From positions 2,914,001 to 2,978,000 of the forward strand of contig NW_024704760.1 in assembly GCF_018977255.1 (NCBI RefSeq): DNA of 64,000 bases. Direction: 5' to 3'. This DNA comes from Callorhinchus milii. Taxonomy: Eukaryota. The position numbers were made by a program, and so were the translations under genes. The notes under the pieces are model-generated. The model saw nothing but the letters and a program-made list of their open reading frames with translations. It searched no databases and was not told the DNA's origin. Below are positions 1 to 10,583 of the stretch, in pieces. Position 1 is the first letter of the stretch. Each line of letters starts with the position of its first letter.

Positions 1-529
1 CTTAGGACGTCCTCCCGACGTGAAAGGCACTATACAAATGTAATCTTCTTGTTGTTGTTGTATTGTAAAGCAGATTGACTTGTGTATTTTGTGGGCGAAA
101 CGCGGAAGCCAATTGCACAGCAATAACCCACAAACAGCTGTAGAAATCACCAGCTTCAAGATCTAGTAAAAAATCTGTTTTTTTTCTTTTTTAGATGCTG
201 ATTGAATTGCTGCAGATATCTAGCGTGTCTTCGTATTCACGGTTACGGTATTATTATCCACTGGTTAACTGATTGTCTGGGTTGTGACAACCAGTATCTA
301 TGACTGGCACCAACAATGGACAGGTGGAAAGTCAACGTAAACACATCCATGCAATAAATCTGGATAAAGGTACCTTATCAGATATACGTTAAGATTCACA
401 ACCATAGGCATCGGATTTTAATCAATAAACAATCCACTTGCGGCTCAGGAAATGTAAATAAACAGCATTTGGAAGCCACAGGATGCATCCTGTCCCCTCC
501 AGTCGCCAACTACAACTTACACTTATATA

Positions 530-868
530 GCAGCCAGTTTCCGCACAGCAATGTCCCGCAAACAGAGGTGGGGCGAGTGAAACGATTTTATTTGGAGGTT
601 TGGCCAGGACACCGGGAGAGAGAGAAAAACTCCCTTCTCTTTTCGAATAGCGCATTGGGATCTTTTAACGTCCGCGTGAACAGGCGCAGGTGGGACTTCG
701 GCTTTAATGTCTCATGCGAAGGACGGCACCTTCGACAATGCAGCGCTCCCCCAGCGCTGCTTTGGAGTGTCAGCTTAGACTGTGCGATTGCAAGTCCTGA
801 CGTGGGAGCTCGGATGCGTAACCTTCTGACTCAAGAGACCAGAGTGCTACAGACTGAGCCAGACTGAC
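530..868 (-). mobile_element. tRNA-derived SINE with Deu-type central domain (SacSINE1/AmnSINE-like)
   Basis: Minus-strand head GTGTCAGTCTGGCTCAGTCTGTAGCACTC..GAGTCAGAAGGTT, then GGTGCCGTCCTTCGCATGAGACATTAAA...GGACGTTAAAAGATCCCAATG...GAGAAGGGAGTTT, typical of the DeuSINE domain as recalled. Confidence 0.7.
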
Positions 869-871
869 ACA

Positions 872-907
<36 letters not shown>

Positions 908-1478
908 GACTGAGCCACACACACACACACAGCGACTGAGACAGACTGACACACTCACACACACACACACACACACAGTGACTGAGCCACACACACACAC
1001 ACAGCAACTGAGACAGACTGACACACTCACACACACAGTGACTGAGCCACACATACACACACACACAGTGACTGAGCCACACACACACACAGCAACTGAG
1101 ACAGACTGACACACTCACACACACACACAGTGACTGAGCCACACACACACACACAGCGACTGAGACAGACTGACACACTCACACACAGTGACTGAGCCAC
1201 ACACACACTCACACACAGTGACTGAGCCACACACACACTCACACACAGTGACTGAGCCACACACACACTCACACACAGTGACTGAGCCACACACACACTC
1301 ACACACAGTGACTGAGCCACACACACACTCACACACAGTGACTGAGCCACACACACACACAGCGACAGAGACAGACTGACACACTCACACACACACACAC
1401 AGTGACTGAGCCACACACACACACACACACAGTGACTGAGCCACACACACAGTGACTGAGCCACACACACACACAGAC
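868..1478. repeat. Compound (CA)n / GTGACTGAGCC minisatellite
   Basis: About 14 copies of AGTGACTGAGCC and 5 of AGCRACTGAGACAGACTGACAC, separated by CA runs; exact 30-bp period at about 1181-1350. Confidence 0.92.
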
Positions 1479-1489
1479 ACCGTCACAAT

Positions 1490-1830
1490 CAGCCCCCAGG
1501 GTGGGGTGGGGTGGGGTGGGGGGAGGGGGGGAGGGAGGGGCCTATTCGTCCATCACAGCCGCTCCCACCCACCACCAGGCCCCGGACTGAGCCGCGGGGC
1601 CCCGCGCTCCCTCCCTCCCTCCCTCTCGCTCTCTCTCCCTCCGAGTCCGCTCCCCGCCCCCCGTCCCCCCGCCGCTCAGTTACCTGCCTGGAGCCGCCCT
1701 CCCCCGCACTCTCGGCGTCCAGCAGCTCCTCTCCCAATTCACCCGCCATCTTCAACAGCACCGCCATCTTGGCACATCCCATGGTGCTTAGCGGCCACTG
1801 CGGGGGGGGGGGGGGGGGCGCAATGGGTTT
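1490..1830 (-). promoter_or_regulatory. CpG island promoter with two YY1-type AAGATGGCGG motifs and G-runs
   Basis: CCGCCATCTT at 1743-1752 and 1761-1770; G17 run at 1802-1818; G-tract cluster at 1499-1540; high CpG content. Confidence 0.65.
1684..1767 (-). CDS. Probable first exon of an unidentified gene (MAVLLKMAGELGEELLDAESAGEGGSRQ if coding); gene continues left of the window
   Basis: Lies in a CpG island, has two in-frame AAGATGGCGG starts (ATG at 1767 and 1749) and a strong donor CAG|gtaact at 1683. No recognisable homology, so it could be 5'UTR. Confidence 0.45.
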
Positions 1831-2100
1831 GTAGCCCAATGCCCACCAGTGCCCAAATAGCCCAAAATAGCCCCCAAAATAGCCCAACCCACCCCGCCCC
1901 CAAATAGCCAACCCACCCGACCCGCCCCCAAATAGCCCAAACACCAGTCCCCCAAATAGCCCAAAACACCCGCCCCAAATAGCCCAACCCACCCCACCCC
2001 GCCCCCAAATAGCCCAAATAGCCCAACCCAATAGCCCAACCCACCCACCCCGCCCCCAACACTCGCCCCAAAGCAATTCCAAAGCCCACCAAACACCTAA
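1830..2100. repeat. Degenerate CCCAAATAG / CCCCGCCCC short tandem repeat
   Basis: Many copies of CCCAAATAGCCC interleaved with ACCCCGCCCC. Confidence 0.8.
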
Positions 2101-3249
2101 TAATAATAATAATCTTTGCACCTGATATAACGCCTCATCACGTCTTCGAGACGTCTCAAAGGGCTTCGGGGGGTTTACGCCGTCCAGTGGAGTGACTGTA
2201 TATTTTGTGAGCGACACGGGGCGGCCAATTGCGAGATAAGCCCTCGACCAAGTCGAGTCCAAAACGATGTTATTGCGTGTTGCCTTACTATGTAAAAACC
2301 CGTAATAATAATAATCCTTGCATTTGATTATAGAGCCTTATCACGACGGTGGGACGTCTCTGAGCGTTTCTCAGACTATATTGTAAAGTGCATTAATCGA
2401 CTGTACGTCGTGGGCGACAAAAACAGGGTGACCGTATTTTGTAAACCGAATCGAGGGACCCACATATTAAAAAAAAACACAAACACTGAACTCACCGCAA
2501 GCCCTGACGCTGGCAGTTACCGGAGAAACTTGTTGGATTATTTAAGATGGGCTGTGTTTCTCCGCGTGTGCCTATTTTTAGAATGTTATTGGAGACCTGT
2601 GACCACCTGAATGTTATAGCACTTTGTCAGGTTGTTGAGAAATCTCAAAGCGCCTTCACAGGATTCACCGTAAAGAGGTTTGACTGTGTATTTTATGGGC
2701 AAAACAAGGCAGCCAGTTTGCCCATAGCAATGTCCCGCAAAGAGCCACGGAGTGAGCGACCGAATTTATTTGGCGAGGACACTGGGAGAAACTCCCTTCT
2801 CTTTTCAAATTGTGCCACGGGATCTTTCACGTCCACCTGAACAGGCGGACGAGACCTTGGTTTAATTTCTCATCCAACGGACGGCGCCTCCGACAATACT
2901 TGCCCAGCCCCAAATTGGAGTGTTTTGTCTGGAGTCTGTGCCAAAATTAGACAATATCGTGGCACTGGGGTCACGGCGATTGGGCTCAAAGTCCAAATCA
3001 ACCAGAATTCCCACTTCTATTCACTATCCAATACCCTTGTGGTGCGGGCTCGGTTGCGATGCTCACCATCAAAGCTCACGTATGAATGAATAATTGTGCC
3101 ATTTGGACAAAGTACTTGAGAATTTGTGTTGGTGGAACCATAATACAGTTGGGCAGGTGGAGTCGAAACACACTCAGGAGAAAAAAATTCATACTCCTGT
3201 ACAAAAACAATGTAATTATGTTTTAACAATGATAGATAGATTGGAATAC

Positions 3250-3255
3250 TTTATT
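3250..3255 (-). terminator. Putative PIFO polyadenylation signal AATAAA
   Basis: tttatt on the plus strand about 200 nt downstream of the PIFO stop codon. Confidence 0.5.
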
Positions 3256-3451
3256 ATTAAATAGACACAACCCTTGATAAGGCAAATAACATTTTCAAAA
3301 ACAAATGGATCACAGGATACATGTTCTTCAGAATTGTCAATTCTGTAATTTTAAGTTTCATACAATCAACCTACAGAAGTTTAGCAAAAAACAGTGACCA
3401 GCATTCTGAGGGATTAGGCAGTTTGCTCAATGTCGAAGCCTTTTGAATCGA

Positions 3452-6400
3452 TTAGTTGAAGTACAGGCTGAAATACGCCATTTTATTTCTGTGCTTCCGA
3501 AAATCCTTGTCGCTGGGAAGCTGAAAGCAGAAGAACTCTTTGTCAGGTTCTGATACGTTGCAAAGGATCCAACAACTTAACAGTGTTCTGTAACCTGGCC
3601 AAAATTATACACGTTTTAAAAAATTAAAAGATTAGTTTATTTACAAAATATTGGCGGGCGACCTTTGAGCCATCCTGCTCCCACTCTCCAGAGCTGCAGT
3701 CCACCTCAACCCTTCCTCTCCACCTTTAAAATGAGTCTTAAGGCCTTTCTTTCCAACCGCATTTTTGGTCACCCTAACCCCAAGCCCCTACCGACCAACC
3801 CCATTATGGGCTTGCAGTCAGCTGCAGTGAAGCGCGTTGAGAGGTCCTCCTCCCAAATGTGAAAGGCGCTGTAGAAATGAAAGGTGCTGTTGTTGTCTCA
3901 GAAAAGGAAAGTGTTTTGTTGATAGCATAAACGATTTCTGATGGGAGTTTTTAAACTGGTATTATTATTATCTTTTTTAATTTCGACGTCAATCGTACCT
4001 CAATCCTCAGTGTCCTCCTTTTGGGAGAAGAAACCAGACTCCAATCTGGAGAGCTGAACTTCATTGGCCATGTGATCCTTCTGTTGCACTTCAATTGATG
4101 TTCGTACGTACCGGGACTAGAAATACACAAAATTCCACCTTCAATGGGTCGCTACTGGCAATAAAGTATAGCAGACGTCATCAAAAGAAACACGGACAAC
4201 ACCCGCCTTTTCACATCTCATCTCAGCACTCCATCCATCCTTAAACCATATAAATTTACAGCTCAGAACACAGCCATTTGGGCCATCATCTCAGTGCTGG
4301 GGCTCCTTTGAAAGTGCAATCAACTCATTTACTTTGAAGTTGGTTTTAGGAGCTGAGCTTTCACACAAAGATCAGAGGGGACACGTTTTTAAAATGGAAC
4401 AACAACAACAACAGGCAGCAAAATTACATTTGTATTGCGCCTTTCACAAACAAGAAAAACCCTGCTCTGTCAACAACTGCAGGGAGGGAAGGAGGGAGAG
4501 AGGGCGGGAAAGAAAAGAGCACACCAGGAAGGAGACATAAGGAAAAGAGGAAGAAGCTGGAATCATTCTGAGAACGTTCTTTGAAGAATGACACTTACCC
4601 AGGAGTGACCAAGTCTTTCCAGGACTCTTTCTTTTTTTTGGAAGGGAAAAGCCAAAAGGAGCCACTACCTGCTTGGACACCTTGTCTTTTGTCCATTTGT
4701 TCTGGTAATTTGCAGGGCTAGGTGTTTCATTAGCAACCTGATGACGGGGTGGGTGGAAGTGGAGGAAAATCGTCAAGATAACACAAGAAATGAGTCCCTC
4801 ACACGTCCTCGAGCTCCAACTTCATTCGCTTGTTTATATTGGACTGAAACACAATCTTTACATTTGATACACTTCACCGTAAGTGTTTTGAGATATCCAG
4901 TGCTGTATCAAATGCAAGGATTATTATTTATGTAGTAAACAGGTTAACAATTATGAAAAGAGTGTAAATGGTTCACATAAGGATCTTTAATAATGATTTT
5001 AATATGTTAGAAACTAGGCGAGGCGATTGATTATTGAAAATACAGTAGAGCCCACATTAAATACCTACCCAGGAATAATAATTACATTTGATAAAGCACC
5101 TTTCACAAAGGGAGGCTGTCTCAAAGCGCTTCACACACTATATCCTGTAAAGTGGAGTCACTGTGTTTTGTGCGAAAATGTGGCAGTCAATAATTAATTT
5201 GCATCTAGTGATTTTAATGGCTAACTGTGGGCAGTTCCATAGTAGTCAGTACACAGTTTATTATAATCAACAGTGAGAGATTTTTATTTCATTAAACTGG
5301 ACTGGATTTGAACCCAGTTTCCAGAACTGAATACAAGAATGATGTGGAGGAGGCCGAATTATAACATTATACATGTTTTTAAATAAAAGACATTTATTCC
5401 TACTTCGCAACTTGCCTGAGTAAATCGACGTTGCGTCCTTGCTCCTAGTACGTACCCGTAGTTACTTAATGGTTTCTCTTTCATATTTTGAACTATACTG
5501 TTTCTCTGTCAAAGAAAAAATATAAACAGGAGATTCAAATGACATAATAATAATCCTCGCATTTGATATAGTGCCTGATCATGTTGTTGAGACGTCTCAA
5601 AGCGCTTCACAGAATATACTATAAAGTGAATCATCTATATATTTTGTGGACGAAATGTGGCAGCCAATTGCGCTTAGCTGGACTAGACTGCTGGATTGAC
5701 CCTCAGTGCGTCACTGTGCATCTGGTAATATGAGAGGAATACAATAATTCATATAAGGTTACCAATGCAAGTCAATAGTTCTGACACTAATAAAAAGTAT
5801 AGTAATCACGTGCATACAAGATGATTATTATAGGTGCCTGGTCCACGGTTTGGGGTTCCTCGGATAGGCGGGTACTCATTTCCAAGTCTATTTTTGGCCC
5901 AATAAAGTGGAAACACCTCCACGTCTGGATAACTTTCTACCTTGATCTTTTTTACCACTGGGGGAAAAAAACAACAATTAACCGATTCAATCAGTGGAAA
6001 CATCTCAGACACCATCCCAATAGGTTATTCAATGGCGACATTATTTTGTGTTGCAATCCAGAATTATCTTTGCGCTTTTACTCGTAACTTCATTTAATTA
6101 CTCGGCTTTGCACGTTACCACGTGCTTAACACACGCCTTGGGCTCAGTAGTGTAGAAACAATGGGTATGGTACTTTGAATTGTGAAGGTTTAATAGTATT
6201 GCCAATATATCATGTGGTCAAGAGATTTGTGCACAGAATTTTGGCACAGATCTGTAATAATAGAGGACATCCCGGATCATTTTGAGGCCAGGAAAATTAG
6301 AACTCAATAAAATAACTAAAGGCATCACTGAATAACAATCATTCCTGACGATGAATTATCTTTGCGTTTTTACTCACAACTTCATGTCAGTTTTGCACAT

Positions 6401-7537
6401 TATCACCACCTCATCTGTTCCTTAACTACACCCCTTGTTCAGAAGCCTAGAAACAATGGGTATTGTTAAATACCTTTAACGTTTAACGCTAATCAACATT
6501 AGCCAGCGTGCAGGAAGCTTTCCTTTTCATTGATCTTTCACCCACTGGCTACAATTATTTAACGAAAGCATGTTTGCCTCCACCTACCTGGGAAAAATCC
6601 TCAGAGACTATGCAGCTCAATTTCTGCTCAAGCTTTCACCATCATGTGGTTAGAAGCCTCCGTTTATATCCCTTGTACAGTAAAACTCGCATAAGTCTAA
6701 TCTGTACAAATCATACAATCGGCTAAGTCGTACCTCTGCTTAAGTCCCGTTCAAGAGTTTATATTCTACGCAAGTTTGACATAACTCATACCTTGCGTAA
6801 GTCGTATTAAATGTATGGTCCCAACTGACATCACTTATGTGAGGTTTACTATATAGGTTGACACAACTCTTAACTGTACACTATAGGTATATCAAAGCCA
6901 GCTCCACATCTCACGATTAACCCATAAAGTACTGTAATTGTGTCTGTGTTTTTTAAAAAATATATAGTTCTCTTCCAGGGTATCGCAAAAAAACAAATCT
7001 TCAAAACAAGAGATCTTATCTGAGGATTTTACGGCCTCAAAGGTTAAACTGACTCTTGTTCTATGGATTTCAAATTTTTTTAAAGACTTTTACCAATGGG
7101 AGGGGGGGTGGTGGGGGGTGAGGGGGGGAAGGTGGTGGGAGCTTTTAGTTGTCACTAAGAGACCAAGTCAAGTGTCCTGAAAAAACGGAAACTGCGAGCT
7201 ACCAATCGACACAGAAACAAATTTAAAAACACTAAAATGTATAAAACCACATTGCAATCTACTCAGCCAGACTGACAATTAGAAGGACGTTTCCCCTCCT
7301 GTGGTTCGGGAAACCTAAATGCACTAACTGAGCACTCGCTGATACTTCTGGTTATCACTTTACCCCCCCACCACACACATACACTTTCCCTTTCCTGGTT
7401 GAGAGTAGATAGGCGCTGGAAAGCAATGAATGACAAGTTAAGCTTTACGACATGGATGTACCCGGGTGCGAATCTTTCTGAGTAAGGTGCGAGGCCGCGA
7501 GGGTTGAATAACTTGACATTGTGGCAGAACTCGACAT
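3452..7537 (-). CDS. PIFO: Protein pitchfork / ciliary microtubule associated protein 3, 6 coding exons, with an apparent frameshift in exon 4
   Basis: Exons (minus strand, all GT-AG): 7537-7462, 5957-5818, 5505-5404, 4737-4599, 4116-3999, 3520-3452. Translation includes FPLYWAKNRLGNEYPPIRGTPNRGPGTY, GYVLGARTQRRF, TPSPANYQ, PGTY..ITWPMKFSSPDW..RRTLRIE and LPSDKDFRKHRNKMAYFSLYFN*, matching recalled human PIFO blocks (GSPHRGPGCY, GYTLGART, WPMKFGSPDW, DKDFRKHRNRVAYLSLYYN). The exons sum to 644 nt, one short of a multiple of 3 (see findings). Confidence 0.9.
6678..6851. mobile_element. Tigger/pogo-type MITE (about 174 bp) in PIFO intron 1
   Basis: TA-flanked terminal inverted repeats CAGTAAAACTCGCATAAGT ... 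ACTTATGTGAGGTTTACTA, with internal TAAGTCGTA sub-repeats; this is the Tc1/mariner-pogo signature. Confidence 0.7.
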
Positions 7538-7619
7538 TTTGGCAGATTTCTGGGATGAGAGAGACTGACTGATTGACTGTCTGCTTTGGCTGTGTCTGAG
7601 TCTCTCTCTCTCTCTTTCT

Positions 7620-7700
7620 CTCTTACTTCCGGAATCCTGTTACGTTCGGTTGCCACGGGCTACCCAGCCAGCGGCTGTAAACAAACATGTGCCCACGCCT
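7620..7700 (-). promoter_or_regulatory. PIFO proximal promoter with RFX X-box, forkhead and ETS motifs
   Basis: GTTGCC-ACG-GGCTAC at 7649-7663, TGTAAACAAACA at 7676-7687 and ACTTCCGG at 7625-7632, all 90-150 bp upstream of the PIFO ATG. RFX plus FOXJ1 is the established motile-cilia regulatory code. Confidence 0.6.
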
Positions 7701-8339
7701 CGAACAGACTCTCCACCGTGACAATCAGCCCACAACTCCCTTCGCCAATTAGATCCCCCGCCCCACAAATTAACAGCTCCAAAAAACACTGCCCTCTCGG
7801 CGAAGCCGGACGACGCCTTGGGCCGGGCAGAAAAACTGCCCCGATCGTCAGCCGGTCATTACATTACAGGGCAAGTGTCGCTCGTCATCTCGGCTGTGCG
7901 CCCCACAGCAGCGGTTAGCTCGTAGCGTTTGCCAAGGAATTGCCCCCAGAGTTTCTGTTTCTTTTCACACATTATAATTTAGTTTTTGCTTTTGCGTTTC
8001 GCTACATCAAATTCAAGGATTATTATTATTAGAACAAGAAGAGGATGATTACATTTGTACCGAGCCTTTCACGTCGGGAGGATGTCCCCAGGCGCTGAGA
8101 AGTGTGGTGACCGTATTTGTAGGCAAATGTAGTAGCCAATTCGCACGCAGCGGGTGCCACAAAATAGCCATCAAGTGAAGGACAAATTTGTCTGGATATT
8201 AGTTTCAATATTTGTTGAAAAAAGACCTTCAGTGTAGTATAAGTGTTTTGTAAATAAACAAAATCATTGGAATAACACAGCGTCGAACAAAAGGTTCAGC
8301 AGCAAAAAAAAAGTTACAACGTAAATTAAACATAATACC

Positions 8340-10583
8340 TTTATTTTTGTTTAAAAACACACAAATTGCATTAAATTAATTTCACGGTTAGCTTTTTACC
8401 AGTCGACTTTGCAAACCAATAATCAGGATATTTCTGATTCTGGTCAAGACTAAAATTGCCACTGAAATATCCGAAAGCTGATTTGAGTTCATAACTTTTT
8501 AAACTCCGACGTTTTTAACTGACATTTACTGAATATCTCGAGGTCAATTCAGTTAAGCTCTTGCACATGCCTTAGCTTGAATCTATCTATTCAGGTGAAA
8601 TCCAAGACAATATTTGCACCCACCCCCCCCCCCCACCCCCACATACCTATACCCTTTTCCTTTATGAAATCTTTCCATTTGGAATACCAAAAAAGATCTG
8701 CACCTGGTTACAAACTGAAGGTGGGCGAGCGTTCAAATGTATTCTTACGTTTAAATGCCAAGATCGAGTGGTTATAAAATTACCCCAACAGTTCTAAAAC
8801 ATCCTATTTGATACTGTAGAAATGAATGCTCACATCCCAGCAAATGGAACAATCATGAAGCATCCCAGCTATGATAGTTGGGTCATAAAATAAAAATAGC
8901 AGGTGCAGCCTGTGATTAAAGTCTATGGAAGAAGTGTGCCTCATACTATAACATCCAGGCAAGGAAGTACTCCATGCAGTATTGCAACAAGTGCAAAGAT
9001 TCGTAAGAAATGAGCAAAATATAAAACACAACAAACGTAAACAATGAAAAGCAATGCAACTGTTACAAGTCTTTAAAATGGAAGGAAACCCTTCAATTTT
9101 TTTTCGTATCGACGCTACTGATTTTAGAAATAAAATAAGTGTTTTAGATTAGTAGATCTTCAAAACTCAAATACCTGCTCACTGTTGCAAGGAACCCGGG
9201 ATAAGTCTCCACAAACATTTTCAGGGGGTTATTAAATTCACTTTCTATCTTTGAAACCGCATCATACCTATATTTCTATGAACCGATCAAAGCAACATAA
9301 ATGCTTTTAAAATACAGACAGAATTCCAGGTGGAAAGATTTATCCTGGAAATAGCAAGCAAACCAAGTCTTCAAGTAGGCTATATATATATATATATATA
9401 TATATCCAGATCCATAAATAGCTATTCCTTTCCAACACCAAGCAGCATTTGAAAAGACAAAGGTTTAACAAATCAGTCTATATGTTAGTTTTGATTTTGC
9501 AATTCGTAAATAAGAAAGATTACAGTTAATGATTGATCAGAATTTTCCAAATGTGTGAAAAGCACTCAATGCTCATTTCTTCAGGTTGTGAAAGTCTTTC
9601 AAGCAGTGAAGCGGCAGTTGTTCAATGCATTGCTGGATTGTTTTATGAATGGATATGTGTACTTTAGTGTATTTTTAAAACACTATACAATAAAATCCCT
9701 ATGAAGAAAATGGAAGAGAATTTGCTCTTGAATAAAATATTTAACTGTGCCTGATCAGTGGAGGTCTAACCTTAAAACTGACACACGGGTGGGCAAACCC
9801 CTCAGTGGGAAAACTATTCAGTAGAAACAAAGATCGACAAACAAAAGGAATCACTACTAGAATTTCAAGACATTCAAGAGAAAACACCAAGTACTGTCCC
9901 ACCACAATGAAACACACGGGGTTGGTAGTTACAGGCTGGATATTATTTCTCAGTTTCCAATTCATTGAAACTTAGTGGTTTAAGCAGCAATTTTCTTCTT
10001 CAGAGCCATCGTTTGCATATTTCATTTTTTTAAAAAACCCAACTCCGTACATATAAATGTATGACAAGTTATCCACAGCTGGAAAATGAAGGTATCTTGC
10101 CCAACGCCCATATCTTGTCTCTTCTTCTGAAAAAAGATAATTTGCTCTAATCATAACAAGAGTCCAGGGGAGCTTGATGTCAGCAGTAATCCAGAAGGCG
10201 ATTAAAACAGTTCTCCAAAACCCACTCTCAATTAATATACTTTTTAAAAACTCTAGTTAACGATTCCGTTAATCACTCTATGCAGCATTTTCTGTCCATT
10301 TCCACTCCCACCTTACACATAAAAAGAGGCTTTTTTTTTTAAAACAAGTACATGAAGGCCGTTTCACTCCCGATAAACAGATGAAACTGGTGATTGCAGC
10401 TTTAGATAACACCACGCTTGCGAAAGTCTCACTGGGTCTTTGATGCTGTAGAATCGGGTTATGTATTTAATAGGGAAACACCCAAGACGGAGCAACAGCA
10501 CCACTTTTAAGGTGATGTTTGGCAAGAAAAGTACAACTTCATACAGGAAAATGAACCAGCATCTCGCATTCTTGCAGTCAAGT
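8340..10583 (-). other. Probable SORT1 3'UTR (about 2.2 kb) ending near AATAAA at 8340-8345
   Basis: AT-rich stretch after the stop codon with none of the SINE tails that are common elsewhere; polyA signal followed by U/GU-rich sequence on the minus strand. Confidence 0.55.

Noticed and set aside
180-430. Possible plus-strand terminal exon (ttttag|ATGCTGATTGA with AATAAA downstream)
   Set aside because: No recognisable coding similarity; it resembles a degenerate repeat and conflicts with the minus-strand gene starting at 1.7 kb.
770-1470. Several Cys/Val-rich and His/Thr-rich ORFs in the ORF track
   Set aside because: They are translations of the CA-rich minisatellite.
868-1478. CRISPR-like repeat/spacer appearance
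   Set aside because: The spacers are only CA runs, the DNA is vertebrate, and there are no cas genes.
3017-3229. 70-aa minus-strand ORF with exon-like borders after PIFO
   Set aside because: It lies beyond the PIFO stop and polyA signal, and I recognise no homology.
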